DNA of 64,000 bases from positions 23,262-87,261 of the forward strand of contig CANPBX010000004.1 of the NCBI GenBank assembly GCA_947572385.1. The letters run 5' to 3'. Under the pieces are notes generated by a model. It had not been told where the DNA came from and did not search any database. It saw only the letters and a program-made list of their open reading frames with translations. Below, in pieces: positions 45,594-56,550 of the stretch (its first letter is position 1; each line of letters starts with the position of its first letter). The position numbers and the translations under genes are program-made. The stretch comes from an uncultured Clostridia bacterium. Its GTDB lineage: Bacteria; Bacillota; Clostridia; Oscillospirales; Acutalibacteraceae.

Positions 45594-47996
45594 TTAGTCC
45601 CTGTATTCCTCCATCTCGTAGGCCTCCAGCACATCCCCCTGCTTGATATCTATAAACTTCTCCAGGGTGATGCCGCAGTCGTAGCCGTCCGCAACCTCCT
45701 TCACATCATCCTTGAAACGGCGCAGGGAGGCAATTTTGTCGTCGGCGACTATAATGCCGTCGCGGACTACCCGGACAAGGGCGTTACGGGTTATCTTGCC
45801 GCCGGTGACATGCCCGCCGATGACGATGCCAACATTGGATATCTTGTAGGTCTCCCGGCACTCGGCGCGGCCCAGAGCTACCTCCCGGTACTTGGGCGCA
45901 AGCATACCCTTCATGGCGCTTTCTATTTCCTCGATGCAGTCGTAGATTATCCTGTACAGCCGCATATCTACGCCGTCCCGCTTGGCGTTCTCCTCGGCTA
46001 CAGGATCGGGGCGCACGTTGAAGCCTACTATGATAGCATTCGAGGCGTTTGCCAGCATAACGTCGCTCTCGCTCACAGCGCCCACCGCGCCGTGGATGAT
46101 ATGCACACGCACCTCGTCGTTTGTGAGCTTTTCCAGCGACTGGCGCACTGCCTCCACCGAGCCCTGTACGTCGGCCTTGACGATTATCTTCAGTTCTTTC
46201 ATCTCACCCTCTCTCATATGCTCAAAGAGGTTGTCAAGAGTTACCTTCGTCTGGGCCCTGAAAGCCTCCTCCTTCTGGTCGTTCAGGCGCTGCTCCACCA
46301 GCTCCCTGGCAAGGCGCTCGTCGGAAACGGCGTCAAAGACATCGCCGCCCACGGGCACATCCCCAAGGCCGGTTATCTCCACAGGCACCGAGGGCCCTGC
46401 CTCTGTGACCCTGCGGCCCTTGTCGTCCATCATAGAGCGCACGCGGCCCACTGTGGCTCCGGCGACTATAGTATCCCCCGCGCGAAGCGTACCATTCTGC
46501 ACGAGCACCGTTGCGATGGGGCCCATGCCCTTGTCAAGCCTTGCCTCTATTACAGTACCCTTGGCGGCGCGGTCAGGATTCGCCTTGAGCTCCATCATGT
46601 CGGCGGTAAGTGTTATCATCTCAAGCAGGTCATTTATGCCCTCTTTCGTGTGAGCAGAAACCGGGATACAGGGGGTGTCGCCGCCCCACTCCTCAGGCAC
46701 CAGCTCGTACTCCGTCAGCTGTTCCTTGACCCTGTCCGGGTTGGCGCCCAGCTTATCCATCTTGTTTATAGCCACTATAATGCTGACTCCCGCCGCTTTG
46801 GCGTGGTTTATAGCCTCAACGGTCTGGGGCATAATGCCGTCGTCCGCGGCTACGACCAGTACGGCTATATCAGTAACCTGCGCTCCCCTGGCCCGCATGG
46901 TGGTAAATGCCGCGTGGCCTGGGGTATCCAGGAAGGTAAGGTCCCTGTCGCCCGCCTTGACCCTGTAGGCGCCGATATGCTGGGTGATACCTCCGGCCTC
47001 GCCCTCTGTGACATTGGAGTGGCGTATCACGTCCAGTATCGATGTCTTGCCGTGGTCCACGTGGCCCATGACCACCACGACCGGGGCCCTGGTCACAAGG
47101 TTGGCTTCGTCGTCCTCGCTGTCGTCTATAATGCGCTCCTCAATAGTCACCACCACCTCTTTTTCCACCTTGGCGTGGAATTCGTCGGCAATGAGCACGG
47201 CGGTGTCGAAGTCGATGGTATCATTTATGGCGGCAAATACTCCCAGGCCCATAAGCTTCTTTATGACCTCGGGCGCCGCCACCTTAAGGCGCAGGGCAAA
47301 TTCCCCAACGCTTATCTCGTCGGGCACCTCGATGGTGATATGCTTTGCCTTACGCTCCATGGCTATGCGGCGCAGGCGCTCTGCCTCGGTCTCCCGCTTG
47401 CCTCTCCGCTGCTGGCCCCTTCTCTGCTGGTTCCTATTTGTGAACTTCTGCTTGGTAACAGCGTTATCCTGCCTTGCGCTGACCTTCTGGTCAGCCAGGC
47501 GGTCATACTTCTCATTATACTTGTCGATATTCACATTGCTCGAGCGGGTATCCACCACCCGGCGGGTGGGCGCCTTGGGTTCGCGCACCGGCTGGGCAGG
47601 CTTCTGCTGGGGTTTCTGCCCCGCTTGCTGCTCCGCGGCGGGCTTTACTGCCGCCGGAGCCGTCTGGCCCTTGGGGGCTTCCTTGTCCTTGGGCTGGACC
47701 TGCTTCTTCCCGCTCTCCTTAGCCGGCGCGAGCTTCTGCTCTGCCGGCTTTTTCCCGGAGGCCTCCGGCTCCGCCTTGGGCTCAGGGCCCAGTTCCCTCT
47801 GGGCAAAGTATTCATCCAAGTTGGCCAAATTCCTCTCCTGGGTGAATGTCTCAAAGACGATGTCCAGCTCCTTTTCCTCCAGGGCCGTCATATATTTCTT
47901 CGGCTCCGGGAAGTATTTCGCCAGCGTATCTATTACGTCCTTATTGGTTAGGTTCAGGTCCTTTGCTACCTCCCGCACCCTGTACTTTATCATCAT
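45594..47996 (-). CDS. infB: Translation initiation factor IF-2
   Basis: [31 protein letters not shown]. Confidence 0.98.
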   Translation of the reverse strand: MMIKYRVREVAKDLNLTNKDVIDTLAKYFPEPKKYMTALEEKELDIVFETFTQERNLANLDEYFAQRELGPEPKAEPEASGKKPAEQKLAPAKESGKKQVQPKDKEAPKGQTAPAAVKPAAEQQAGQKPQQKPAQPVREPKAPTRRVVDTRSSNVNIDKYNEKYDRLADQKVSARQDNAVTKQKFTNRNQQRRGQQRRGKRETEAERLRRIAMERKAKHITIEVPDEISVGEFALRLKVAAPEVIKKLMGLGVFAAINDTIDFDTAVLIADEFHAKVEKEVVVTIEERIIDDSEDDEANLVTRAPVVVVMGHVDHGKTSILDVIRHSNVTEGEAGGITQHIGAYRVKAGDRDLTFLDTPGHAAFTTMRARGAQVTDIAVLVVAADDGIMPQTVEAINHAKAAGVSIIVAINKMDKLGANPDRVKEQLTEYELVPEEWGGDTPCIPVSAHTKEGINDLLEMITLTADMMELKANPDRAAKGTVIEARLDKGMGPIATVLVQNGTLRAGDTIVAGATVGRVRSMMDDKGRRVTEAGPSVPVEITGLGDVPVGGDVFDAVSDERLARELVEQRLNDQKEEAFRAQTKVTLDNLFEHMREGEMKELKIIVKADVQGSVEAVRQSLEKLTNDEVRVHIIHGAVGAVSESDVMLANASNAIIVGFNVRPDPVAEENAKRDGVDMRLYRIIYDCIEEIESAMKGMLAPKYREVALGRAECRETYKISNVGIVIGGHVTGGKITRNALVRVVRDGIIVADDKIASLRRFKDDVKEVADGYDCGITLEKFIDIKQGDVLEAYEMEEYRD

Positions 47997-48000
47997 AGGC

Positions 48001-48333
48001 TTATTCCTCCTTCTCTCGCTGTTGGCTCTCGGGTAGTCCCCCGTATTCTTTCAAAAGCGCGCCTGCAAACCCCTCGTCGGTCACAGCCACCACTCCGGCC
48101 TTTATCCCACAGGCTTTACTAAGCTCTGCCATACCTGCCTGGATCCGGACGGCCTGGATCCCCGCCCGCCCGGCCTCATACCGTAAGTTCTTATAGGTCT
48201 TCTCCGACACGTCTCCGGCCGCTATGAGCAGCGCGGCCTTCTTTGCCCTGGCTGTTTCCCTGCATACGTCAAAGCCCGCCTGGAGCCTTCCCGCCCTTCG
48301 GCACAGCCCCAGCAGTGACAGCACCTTATCCAT
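48001..48333 (-). CDS. ylxQ: L7Ae/L30e-like protein (YlxQ)
   Basis: [23 protein letters not shown]; position in the nusA operon. Confidence 0.85.
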   Translation of the reverse strand: MDKVLSLLGLCRRAGRLQAGFDVCRETARAKKAALLIAAGDVSEKTYKNLRYEAGRAGIQAVRIQAGMAELSKACGIKAGVVAVTDEGFAGALLKEYGGLPESQQREKEE

Positions 48334-48625
48334 TCTCCGCCATCTCCCCCTCCAGCCGCTCATATACCTCGTCCGGTATTTTACAGGAGAAGGCCCTCTC
48401 CAGCCGCCTTGCTTTCCTTGCTTTTATAAGGCACTCCGGATCTCGGCAGATATACGCTCCCCGCCCGGGCTTTTTGCCGGTCATATCCAGCTCTATGGGC
48501 CGTGGCAGGGGTCCACCGTTTTCGTCCGTCTTTTCCGGGGCTCTCACAATGCGCATAAGCTCCCGCTTTGGCTTCATCTGGCCGCACCCGGCGCACATGC
48601 GCATGGGGGTCTTCCTTTGGTGCAT
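48326..48625 (-). CDS. ylxR: YlxR family RNA-binding protein
   Basis: PMRMCAGC...KRELMRIV, GKKPGRGAYIC. Confidence 0.92.
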   Translation of the reverse strand: MHQRKTPMRMCAGCGQMKPKRELMRIVRAPEKTDENGGPLPRPIELDMTGKKPGRGAYICRDPECLIKARKARRLERAFSCKIPDEVYERLEGEMAENG

Positions 48626-48649
48626 GGGGCTCACTTCCTTATCTATGCT

Positions 48650-49735
48650 TTACTCGTCTTCTCCATAGAAGCCGCTCTCGGGCTTAATATCTATCTTCCA
48701 GCCGGTAAGCTTTGCCGCAAGCCGGGCGTTCTGGCCCTTATTGCCTATGGCAAGGGAGAGCTGGCTGTCCGGCACGGTGACCCTGCAGGCCCGCAAATCC
48801 CCCTCCGAGAGCTCCACCGCCAGCACATTTGCCGGGGACAGGGCCGCCGCAATAAACTTGCCGGGGTCCTCGCTGTACTCCACTATGTCTATCTTCTCGC
48901 CGCCCAGCTCCTCAACTATCTCGTTGACCCTGGCGCCCCTTGTGCCTATACACGCGCCCACCGCGTCAACATCAGGGTTATGGCTTAAAACGGCTAGCTT
49001 TGTGCGGGAGCCTGCCTCCCTGGCTACGGCCTTTATCTCCACCGTGCCGTCATATATCTCCGGCACCTCGGTCTCAAACATGCGCTTCACCAGCTCCGGG
49101 CGTGTACGGGAAATTATGGCCTTCGGCCCCTTGAGCCCCTCCAGCACATCGACTACATAGACCTTTATGTAGTCTCCCTCGTGTACGCTCTCCCCGCCTA
49201 TCTGCTCGGTCTTCGGAAGCACCGCCTCAGCCTTGCCTATGCGCAGGGTCAACGCCCCGGTCCGGGGGTCTACCCTTTCGATCAGGGCGCTGACAAGCTC
49301 CTGGTGCTTGCTCTGGAACTCCTGCATCATCTGGCCCCGCTCACTGTCACGGATACCCTGCCGGATTATATTCCTGGCTGTCTGGGCCGCTACCCGGCCA
49401 AACTGCTTGGTGTCAAGCTTTATGCCCACGGTGCCGCCCACCATGGCCATGGGGGATATCCGCCTTGCCTCCTCCAAAAGCAGCTCCTTATCGGGATCCT
49501 CTATCTCCTCCACAACGGTTTTCAGCAGGTATACCTCAAAGCGCCCGGTGCCCGGGTCCACCTTCATGTCCACATCTTCATTATTATAGGTATTCTTGCA
49601 GGCAGTTCCGATGGCCTTCTTTATCTTATCCAGCATAAAGTCCATGGGGATGCCCTTTTCCTTTTCCAACATGCCCAGCGCCAAAAACAGCTCCTCATTG
49701 CCCTGGGGCTCTGCGGCTTTCTTCTTGCGTACCAT
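48650..49735 (-). CDS. nusA: Transcription termination/antitermination factor NusA
   Basis: FGRVAAQTA, REAGSRTK, GACIG.RG.RV, SLAIGNKGQNARLA; start at ATG 49735. Confidence 0.97.
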   Translation of the reverse strand: MVRKKKAAEPQGNEELFLALGMLEKEKGIPMDFMLDKIKKAIGTACKNTYNNEDVDMKVDPGTGRFEVYLLKTVVEEIEDPDKELLLEEARRISPMAMVGGTVGIKLDTKQFGRVAAQTARNIIRQGIRDSERGQMMQEFQSKHQELVSALIERVDPRTGALTLRIGKAEAVLPKTEQIGGESVHEGDYIKVYVVDVLEGLKGPKAIISRTRPELVKRMFETEVPEIYDGTVEIKAVAREAGSRTKLAVLSHNPDVDAVGACIGTRGARVNEIVEELGGEKIDIVEYSEDPGKFIAAALSPANVLAVELSEGDLRACRVTVPDSQLSLAIGNKGQNARLAAKLTGWKIDIKPESGFYGEDE

Positions 49736-49798
49736 TTTTTCAAACCACTCCTTACAGTTTCTTCCGTGCTTATCTGTCGCACTATATTTTATCACATA

Positions 49799-50287
49799 TT
49801 ATTCCGTATCTTCCGTCTCAATATCATCCAGCGCACAGACCCAGGCAAGCTCCTTCTTCTCCAAAGTCACACTGGTCTCCTCATCCAGCCGCAGCTCCAC
49901 TCTGCCGTCCTCATAGCCTATAAGCAGACCCTCAAGCTCCTTTGTGCCGTCCTCCAGGGGGCGTATGAGCCGGGCCCTCACAGGCTCCTCCATATAGGCT
50001 TCAAAGTGCTCCGGCCTTGTCAGCTTCCTGTTAAGGCCGGAGGAGGACACCTCCAGCACATACTCCTGGGGCACCGGGTCGGTCTCGTCCAGCACCGGGT
50101 CAATGGCGCGGCTCATATTCACGCAGTCGTCTATGCCCACGCCGCCCTCTTTGTCAATATATACGCGCAGCACCCACTCCGCGCCCTCCTTCTGATACTG
50201 CACGTCCCAGACCTTCAGCCCCAGCTCCAGGGCTATGGGCTCGCAGAGCTCATACACGCGCCCCGCCACTCCGACCTTACTGCTCAT
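49799..50287 (-). CDS. rimP: Ribosome maturation factor RimP
   Basis: LRVYIDKEGGVGIDDC, YVLEVSSSGL.R.L. Confidence 0.95.
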   Translation of the reverse strand: MSSKVGVAGRVYELCEPIALELGLKVWDVQYQKEGAEWVLRVYIDKEGGVGIDDCVNMSRAIDPVLDETDPVPQEYVLEVSSSGLNRKLTRPEHFEAYMEEPVRARLIRPLEDGTKELEGLLIGYEDGRVELRLDEETSVTLEKKELAWVCALDDIETEDTE

Positions 50288-50315
50288 ATCCGCCCGCCTT
50301 TCCGTTATAACAAAC

Positions 50316-50341
50316 GAAAGAGCGGGTCGCCCCACTCTCTC
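50316..50341 (-). ncRNA. rimP (ylxS) leader hairpin
   Basis: GAGAGAGTGGGG-CGA-CCCGCTCTTTC, matching the Firmicutes AAGAGUGGG...CCC.CUCUUU leader motif upstream of rimP. Confidence 0.7.
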
Positions 50342-50363
50342 AGTCTACTTACACTATACCATG

Positions 50364-50392
50364 ATTATAGCACCCAATCCCGGGAAAATCAA
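50364..50392 (-). promoter_or_regulatory. rimP-nusA-infB operon promoter
   Basis: TTGATT-17 bp-TATAAT with extended TG. Confidence 0.65.
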
Positions 50393-50420
50393 GGGTTTTT
50401 TCAAAGTTTTGCACAAATTT

Positions 50421-50960
50421 TTACGACTCAAGCTGCCTTGAGAGGAACATTGCCGCCGCTTTGGCGCTCTCCACGGCCTCGCCGCCTATTTTGGGCGGGC
50501 TCTTTTCCCCTTTAATGAGCATTACCGCTCCCATCGGGTCCCCGGAGGACACCACCGGGAACACCGTCAGTGCCGCCGCCGGAAAGCCCTGTGCCGCAAG
50601 CACTGTGCTCTCGCCGTTGGTGACAAAGCTCCTGCGGCCCTGCACCAGCTCCTCCATCTGCACAGACACCTGCTTATGCAGCAGGTCCTTCTTCACCGGC
50701 CCCGCCACGGCTATCACCTGCTCCGTATCGCAGACCGCAGCGCCAAGCCCCGTCAGGTTCACAAGGGCCTCGGCATAAGACTGGGCCAGCTGGGACATCT
50801 CCCCCACCGGGGAGTACTTCTTTAGTATGACCTCTCCCGACACATCGGTGAAGATTTCCATGGGCATACCCTCACGGATCTTCAGGGTGCGGCGAATCTC
50901 CTTGGGGATGACTACCCGCCCGAGGTCGTCGATACGCCGGACTATACCAGTAGCTTTCAT
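50421..50960 (-). CDS. spoVT: Stage V sporulation protein T
   Basis: MKATGIVRRIDDLGRVVIPKEIRRTLKIREG AbrB domain plus GAF-like C-terminal domain; start at ATG 50960. Confidence 0.93.
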   Translation of the reverse strand: MKATGIVRRIDDLGRVVIPKEIRRTLKIREGMPMEIFTDVSGEVILKKYSPVGEMSQLAQSYAEALVNLTGLGAAVCDTEQVIAVAGPVKKDLLHKQVSVQMEELVQGRRSFVTNGESTVLAAQGFPAAALTVFPVVSSGDPMGAVMLIKGEKSPPKIGGEAVESAKAAAMFLSRQLES

Positions 50961-51052
50961 ATAAAAACTTCCTTTCGCGCAAAATTTTCCAGGCCGTGCC
51001 AATTGGCCACTTCCCATTCCCCGCGACCCTTTTTGGACGGCTTTCACGGGGA

Positions 51053-51081
51053 TATTATTTGCGCGGATTTTCCTTTTATCC
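51053..51081 (-). promoter_or_regulatory. Possible forespore sigma-G/F promoter of spoVT
   Basis: GGATA-17 bp-AATAATA, close to GHATA-N17/18-CATAMTA; spoVT is forespore-expressed in B. subtilis. Confidence 0.4.
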
Positions 51082-51106
51082 CGCTCTTTGTCTTTTCGCT
51101 TCGCGT

Positions 51107-52918
51107 TCAATGGCAGCCGTTTCGTTTGCAAAGATACTTTGCCGTGGGGTCAGTTGGATCCCAGGTGTGCCAGGAAGGGATCTTCAGCCCGGCGGGTTTC
51201 TTTAATGGCCCGGAGGTCTCGCTGGGGGAGATGTACACATGAGTCCCCAGCACGCAGTTGTCATATATCCATTTAGCGTCCTCACAGTTGAGGCGGATGC
51301 AGCCAAGGGACCTGGTAGTGCCCAGGTTGTTGAACTCGCCGGACCACATGGTGTAATTATTCCTCAGGTCGTTGGGTACCGAGTGGAACAGGTAATTGCC
51401 CATAATCTGGGTGCACCACTGGGCCCAGCTGCCTCCCACCATCTCCAGCCAGCGGTAGCGGCCCGGGGTATAGAAATTGCCGGTGGGCGTAGGGTCGCCG
51501 CAGGAGACCAGCATGGAGCGCACAGGTATCGTATAGTTTCCCGCGCTGTCCTTTGCGAAAATAATCAGATAATTCGCGGGCTTATAGACCTTGATATAGT
51601 ATGGCCCCTTGACGACGCCCAGATTCGAGATGTCCTCAACTATCAGGCCATTTTTATAATACCGCGTCCAGCTGCCGTCCTTGAAGAAGCCGGTAGCCGC
51701 AGCCCCGGTGGAGTCAAAGCGGTATTTTACCCCGCCGATAGTCTGCACTCCCCTAAGGCACTTTCCGTCTGAACCGATATAATATTTCGTTCCGTTCAGG
51801 CTAAGCCACCCGCGCTTATCTGTGGGCTCATAGCGGGTATAATTCGTCCACTGCTCGCCGCCCTCCTCGGTGCCGGTAAACTCATGGTCCGTAGAGGCCT
51901 CGATAATATTGCCATAGGCCCAGTTTCCCGGGAACACATCGCAGAACTCCCTGGTGCCCTCCAGCTCCTCGATGTTTTCGTCAGGCTGGCGGCCCAGCAT
52001 ACTGTTGAGTATTATAACGGCCTGAGCCCTTGAGATATTATCGTTGGGGTGGAACATGCCGTCGGCGCCGCCGTGTATCCAGCCCTTCGCGTATGCAGAC
52101 ACTATATAGGGCTTTGCCCAGTTTTTTTCAGACACATCCTTAAACGGACAGTCCCCCTCCTCCAGGATGTCGCATGACGCCGCCATGCGCACAAATTCCG
52201 CCCGGGTTATCTTGGCATTGGGACGGAATCCGCTCTCTGCAGAGCCGGTGGCAATACCCAGAGCGTTCACCCTTCCCACAGAGTCCGCAAACCAGTCGGT
52301 GGGCTTCACGTCCTTAAAGCTGGCGCTATGCTCAAAGTCCTTTATCCGCAGAAGGTTGCTGAACAGCGTAGCCGCCTCTGCCCGGGTCAGACTTCCCTGG
52401 GGATTAAAAATCTCAGGGGAGCAGCCGTTTATATAGGCCTTATGCTCGTCCGTGTTAAGCAGGGCAGCCACACTGCGCTCAAGACACGCGGTATACACGG
52501 TGTCGCCGGAAACAGCCGTCTCAGCAGGCTCTACCGGCTCGCCGTCCTCATTGAGCCAGCCGGTAATAGCATATCCACGCCAGGCATGTTCCTCAGGAAT
52601 GCCCGGGACGCTCTCAGGCTTCTCTCCGGGGAGCACGGACTGGATCTCCAAGCCAAGATCCCCAAAGTCAAAAGTCACCGAAACAAGACCGCACTCCGGC
52701 GGTTCTTCAGCGTCATCCGCAGCGGGCTCGTTATCAGCCGTATACGTGTCCGGCTCAGCTTCTTCTGTATTCCCAGCGGCGGTCTCTGTTTCCGCTTCGG
52801 GCTGGGCAGGGGTCTCGTCCGCAACGGCAGTAAGGCCCATGCAGCCTGTTACCATCAGGCAGCACAGAAGCACGGATATCAGCTGCCGAAGGGTCATATG
52901 GTGGCTTGAGGTATTCAT
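51107..52918 (-). CDS. L,D-transpeptidase (YkuD) with SLH domains and cell-wall-binding repeats
   Basis: Signal peptide; three TRAE/SRAQ SLH motifs; GW..NG..YY repeats; HSVP...SLGCIRL catalytic motif. Confidence 0.88.
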   Translation of the reverse strand: MNTSSHHMTLRQLISVLLCCLMVTGCMGLTAVADETPAQPEAETETAAGNTEEAEPDTYTADNEPAADDAEEPPECGLVSVTFDFGDLGLEIQSVLPGEKPESVPGIPEEHAWRGYAITGWLNEDGEPVEPAETAVSGDTVYTACLERSVAALLNTDEHKAYINGCSPEIFNPQGSLTRAEAATLFSNLLRIKDFEHSASFKDVKPTDWFADSVGRVNALGIATGSAESGFRPNAKITRAEFVRMAASCDILEEGDCPFKDVSEKNWAKPYIVSAYAKGWIHGGADGMFHPNDNISRAQAVIILNSMLGRQPDENIEELEGTREFCDVFPGNWAYGNIIEASTDHEFTGTEEGGEQWTNYTRYEPTDKRGWLSLNGTKYYIGSDGKCLRGVQTIGGVKYRFDSTGAAATGFFKDGSWTRYYKNGLIVEDISNLGVVKGPYYIKVYKPANYLIIFAKDSAGNYTIPVRSMLVSCGDPTPTGNFYTPGRYRWLEMVGGSWAQWCTQIMGNYLFHSVPNDLRNNYTMWSGEFNNLGTTRSLGCIRLNCEDAKWIYDNCVLGTHVYISPSETSGPLKKPAGLKIPSWHTWDPTDPTAKYLCKRNGCH

Positions 52919-52995
52919 AGGTACATTGCTCCTTTTATATATAGTACACGGTCATAGACAATTATACTCTATACCGATAAAAAATGGAAGATGTG

Positions 52996-53037
52996 AACGC
53001 AATATTTCTCCCAAAAATTTTGAGGAAATATTGCGTT
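52996..53037. repeat. Perfect 13-bp inverted repeat in the divergent LDT/radC intergenic region
   Basis: AACGCAATATTTC-N16-GAAATATTGCGTT. Confidence 0.7.
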
Positions 53038-53080
53038 GCTTTTCCCTTTATATTTGATTATAATACAGAAGATATAGGTC

Positions 53081-53109
53081 TTGACAAAGAAACATACGTT
53101 TGATATTAT
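53081..53109 (+). promoter_or_regulatory. radC-uvrB operon promoter with candidate LexA box in the spacer
   Basis: TTGACA-17 bp-TATTAT; AAACATACGTTTG at 53090-53102. Confidence 0.8.
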
Positions 53110-53138
53110 ATTATTACTACAGAGAGGGGGCTTACCTA

Positions 53139-53882
53139 ATGGCCGCAAGGAAGAAAAGGCCCAGCCCAAGAGAAACCCGAAGGATACATCTGCTCAGGGA
53201 GGTCCTGGAGGGCAGGATGCCCGGGGACCAGGCTGAAAAAGCCGCACAGTTTATGTGGAACACCTGGGGGAGCCTCAAAAATATAGTCTCCGCTCCTGAA
53301 GAGGCCATAGCCTCCGTGCCTGGAATGGATCCGGATACTGCCAGGCACCTGCGCCTGACTTTGGAGCTGGCCCGGGCCTGCCTTGACGAGGAGACAGACA
53401 GTGTAAAGAGGGTTGGGGACAGGCGCACAGCAGTGGAGCTGTTCCAGCCGCTTTTCCTCGGCCAGCGGGTCGAGGCCGTAGGCGCCGTCCTGCTGGATAT
53501 CGGCAGCAGGGTCATCTACAGGGGTATTGTTTGCGAGGGCGCGGTAAACGCGGTGCCCCTCTATGTGCGCAAGCTGGTGCGCCTATGCATAGACTACGAC
53601 GCCGACAGCTTCATACTGGCCCATAACCACATAAGCGGGAGCGCCGAGCCATCGAAGCAGGATATCCTGACCACCAAGCACCTGGTGCTGGCCCTGGACT
53701 GCATACAGGTCCGGCTTAAAGACCATATAATACTGACAGACAGCGGGTATTTCTCTTTCTCAGAGAGCGGAATACTCAATGCCATGGCTGACGACGCCCT
53801 GGCCCAGTGGCGCAGCGGGATTGCGGAAACCAGGGAGTTGACAGACTACTTGGCAAAAGCCGGCTTGGGCGCCGGAAATTAA
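53139..53882 (+). CDS. radC: RadC-like JAB domain protein
   Basis: HhH (IASVPGMDP); E...HNHISG...PS..D JAB motif. Confidence 0.85.
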   Translation: MAARKKRPSPRETRRIHLLREVLEGRMPGDQAEKAAQFMWNTWGSLKNIVSAPEEAIASVPGMDPDTARHLRLTLELARACLDEETDSVKRVGDRRTAVELFQPLFLGQRVEAVGAVLLDIGSRVIYRGIVCEGAVNAVPLYVRKLVRLCIDYDADSFILAHNHISGSAEPSKQDILTTKHLVLALDCIQVRLKDHIILTDSGYFSFSESGILNAMADDALAQWRSGIAETRELTDYLAKAGLGAGN

Positions 53883-53898
53883 AAGGAGGGCACTGAAA

Positions 53899-55893
53899 AT
53901 GGACTTCAAGCTTTCATCAAAATTCCAGCCTACCGGAGACCAGCCGGAGGCCATAGACCAGCTTGTGCGGGGAGTCAGCTCGGGAATGAAGGAACAGACC
54001 CTGCTGGGCGTCACCGGCTCCGGCAAAACTTTTACTATGGCAAATGTGATAGCGCGGCTCAACCGCCCCACGCTGATACTGGCTCACAACAAGACCCTGG
54101 CGGCGCAGCTCTGCTCGGAGTTCCGGGAGTTCTTTCCTGAAAACGCAGTGGAATATTTCGTCTCATACTACGACTACTACCAGCCGGAGGCGTATATTGT
54201 ACAGACGGACACCTATATCGAGAAGGACAGTGCAATAAACGACGAGATAGACAAGCTCCGGCACAGCGCCACCTGCGCCCTTTCCGAGCGCAGGGACGTT
54301 ATAATCGTGGCCTCTGTCTCGTGCATATACAGCCTCGGCGACCCTATCGACTACAGAACTATGGTCATATCCCTGCGCCCGGGCATGGAGAAAAACCGGG
54401 ACGACCTTTTGAGAAAGCTGGTCGAGCTCCAGTATGAGCGCAACGATGTAAACTTTATACGCAACAAGTTCCGGGTCCGCGGGGACGTAGTTGAGATATT
54501 CCCCGCCGAGTCCAGCGAGAAGGCCGTGCGGGTAGAGTTCTTTGGGGATGAGATAGAGCGGATAAGGGAATTCCTGCCGCTGACCGGAGAGGTAACCGGC
54601 GAGCTGAAGCACGTGGGGATTTACCCGGCCTCTCACTATATCGTGCCGGGAGACAAGATGAAGACCGCCATCGCCAGCATCTACGATGAGATGGAGAAGC
54701 AGGCCGCCATGTTTAAGGAGCAGGGCAAGCTGATAGAGGCCCAGCGTATCAGCGAGCGCACGCGCCACGACATAGAGATGCTCTCAGAGATAGGCTTCTG
54801 CAAGGGTATAGAGAACTATTCAAGGGTGCTCTCCGGCAGGGAGGCCGGCAGCGCCCCCTTCACCCTGCTGGACTATTTCCCCGATGACTACCTTTTGTTC
54901 GTAGACGAGAGCCATGTTACCCTGCCCCAGGTGCGTGGCATGTTCGGCGGCGACCACGCCAGGAAGCAGATGCTGGTGGACTACGGCTTCCGCCTGCCCT
55001 CTGCCTATGACAACCGGCCCCTGAACTTTGATGAGTTCTATGGTCATATCAACCAGGCCATATTTGTCAGCGCCACTCCGGGAGACCTTGAGCTGGACAA
55101 GTCCACCCAGGTCGTGGAACAGGTCATAAGGCCCACAGGGCTCCTGGACCCCAAGGTAACAGTGAAGCCCACCGAAGGGCAGATAGACGACCTTATCTCA
55201 GAGATAAACCTGCGGGTGGAGAAGCAGGAGAGGGTCCTTGTCACCACGCTGACAAAGAAGATGGCTGAGGACCTGACAAGCTATCTTGAGAATTACGGCA
55301 TAAAAGTGAGGTATATGCACCACGATATAGACACCGTGGAGCGCATGGAGATAATAAGAGATTTGCGCCTTGGGGAGTTCGATGTGCTGGTGGGCATAAA
55401 CCTTCTGAGGGAAGGCTTGGATCTGCCCGAGGTCACTTTAGTCGCCATACTGGACGCGGATAAAGAAGGCTTCCTGAGAAGCGGCAGGAGCCTGATACAG
55501 ACCATCGGACGCGCCGCCCGCAACGCCGAAGGCCAGGTGATTATGTATGCCGACAGCGTCACGCCGTCTATGGAGTACGCCATAACTGAGACAGAACGCA
55601 GGCGGGCCATACAGGAGAAATATAACCTTGACCACGGCGTCGTGCCCAAGACCATCAAGAAAGACGTGGCTGAGATTCTTGAGATTTCCACCCATAAGGA
55701 CGACGGCAAGAAGAAAAAGAAGCACTACACCCCTGCCGAGCGCCGGGAGCTGATAGAGCGTTATCAGAAGGAGATGAAGGCAGCGGCAAAGCTCTTGGAG
55801 TTCGAGCACGCGGCCTATCTTAGGGACAAGATAAAGGAGCTTGAAACCGGGAGCGCGGGGCACGCGCCCCTGCCAAGGAGGAGGAAGGGGTAA
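53899..55893 (+). CDS. uvrB: Excinuclease ABC subunit B
   Basis: [47 protein letters not shown] domain. Confidence 0.98.
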   Translation: MDFKLSSKFQPTGDQPEAIDQLVRGVSSGMKEQTLLGVTGSGKTFTMANVIARLNRPTLILAHNKTLAAQLCSEFREFFPENAVEYFVSYYDYYQPEAYIVQTDTYIEKDSAINDEIDKLRHSATCALSERRDVIIVASVSCIYSLGDPIDYRTMVISLRPGMEKNRDDLLRKLVELQYERNDVNFIRNKFRVRGDVVEIFPAESSEKAVRVEFFGDEIERIREFLPLTGEVTGELKHVGIYPASHYIVPGDKMKTAIASIYDEMEKQAAMFKEQGKLIEAQRISERTRHDIEMLSEIGFCKGIENYSRVLSGREAGSAPFTLLDYFPDDYLLFVDESHVTLPQVRGMFGGDHARKQMLVDYGFRLPSAYDNRPLNFDEFYGHINQAIFVSATPGDLELDKSTQVVEQVIRPTGLLDPKVTVKPTEGQIDDLISEINLRVEKQERVLVTTLTKKMAEDLTSYLENYGIKVRYMHHDIDTVERMEIIRDLRLGEFDVLVGINLLREGLDLPEVTLVAILDADKEGFLRSGRSLIQTIGRAARNAEGQVIMYADSVTPSMEYAITETERRRAIQEKYNLDHGVVPKTIKKDVAEILEISTHKDDGKKKKKHYTPAERRELIERYQKEMKAAAKLLEFEHAAYLRDKIKELETGSAGHAPLPRRRKG

Positions 55894-56528
55894 TGGCGAA
55901 AGCAGAAGTAAAAAGCGTATGGGAAGTCATCCCGGAGCTGCAGGAGTATATTGAGCAGAACATCCTGCCCCTTTATGAGGCCCATGACTCGGCCCACGGG
56001 CCCGAGCATGTGCGGGTAGTTTTAGAAAACAGCCTTGCGCTGCTGGACGGGCTGGATGTTGACCCCAGCATGGTCTACACTGTGGCTGCCTATCATGACG
56101 TGGGTGTCCGGGTCAGCCTGGAGCACCATGAAGCCGTCTCCGGGCAATGGCTGTGGGAGGACAGGGCTTTGGAGCGCTGGTTTACCCCCGAGCAGCGGCT
56201 TGTCATGCGCCAGGCCGTAGAAGACCACCGGGCTTCCCGCCAGGAGCCTCCTCGGAATATCTATGGGCGCATTGTCAGCGAGGCCGACCGTGACCTGGAC
56301 CCAGAGCGGGTGGTGCGCCGCATGATAGAGTACAGCAAAGCCCATTGGCCCCAATGGAGCGACGAGGAGCATATCCTGCGGACGATCGAACATGTAAAGG
56401 ATAAGTACAGCGAGAGCGGCTATCTGCACCTATGGCTGCCCTGTCCCCGCAATGAGCGGGGGCTTGCCACCCTTAGGGAGTGGCTGAGGTCCGGGGAGCT
56501 GGCTGAGAGGTGCAGGAAATATTTATGA
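55893..56528 (+). CDS. HD domain phosphohydrolase
   Basis: AHGPEH, YHDVG, EDHRAS, SEADRD. Confidence 0.85.
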   Translation: MAKAEVKSVWEVIPELQEYIEQNILPLYEAHDSAHGPEHVRVVLENSLALLDGLDVDPSMVYTVAAYHDVGVRVSLEHHEAVSGQWLWEDRALERWFTPEQRLVMRQAVEDHRASRQEPPRNIYGRIVSEADRDLDPERVVRRMIEYSKAHWPQWSDEEHILRTIEHVKDKYSESGYLHLWLPCPRNERGLATLREWLRSGELAERCRKYL

Positions 56529-56550
56529 GCCAGGAAAGGAGATAAAATAT

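Noticed and set aside
45435-47951. 838-aa plus-strand ORF
   Set aside because: Antisense shadow of infB; GC-rich codon bias removes stops on the opposite strand; no SD or protein motifs
49181-50515. 444-aa plus-strand ORF
   Set aside because: Antisense to nusA and rimP; no recognisable features
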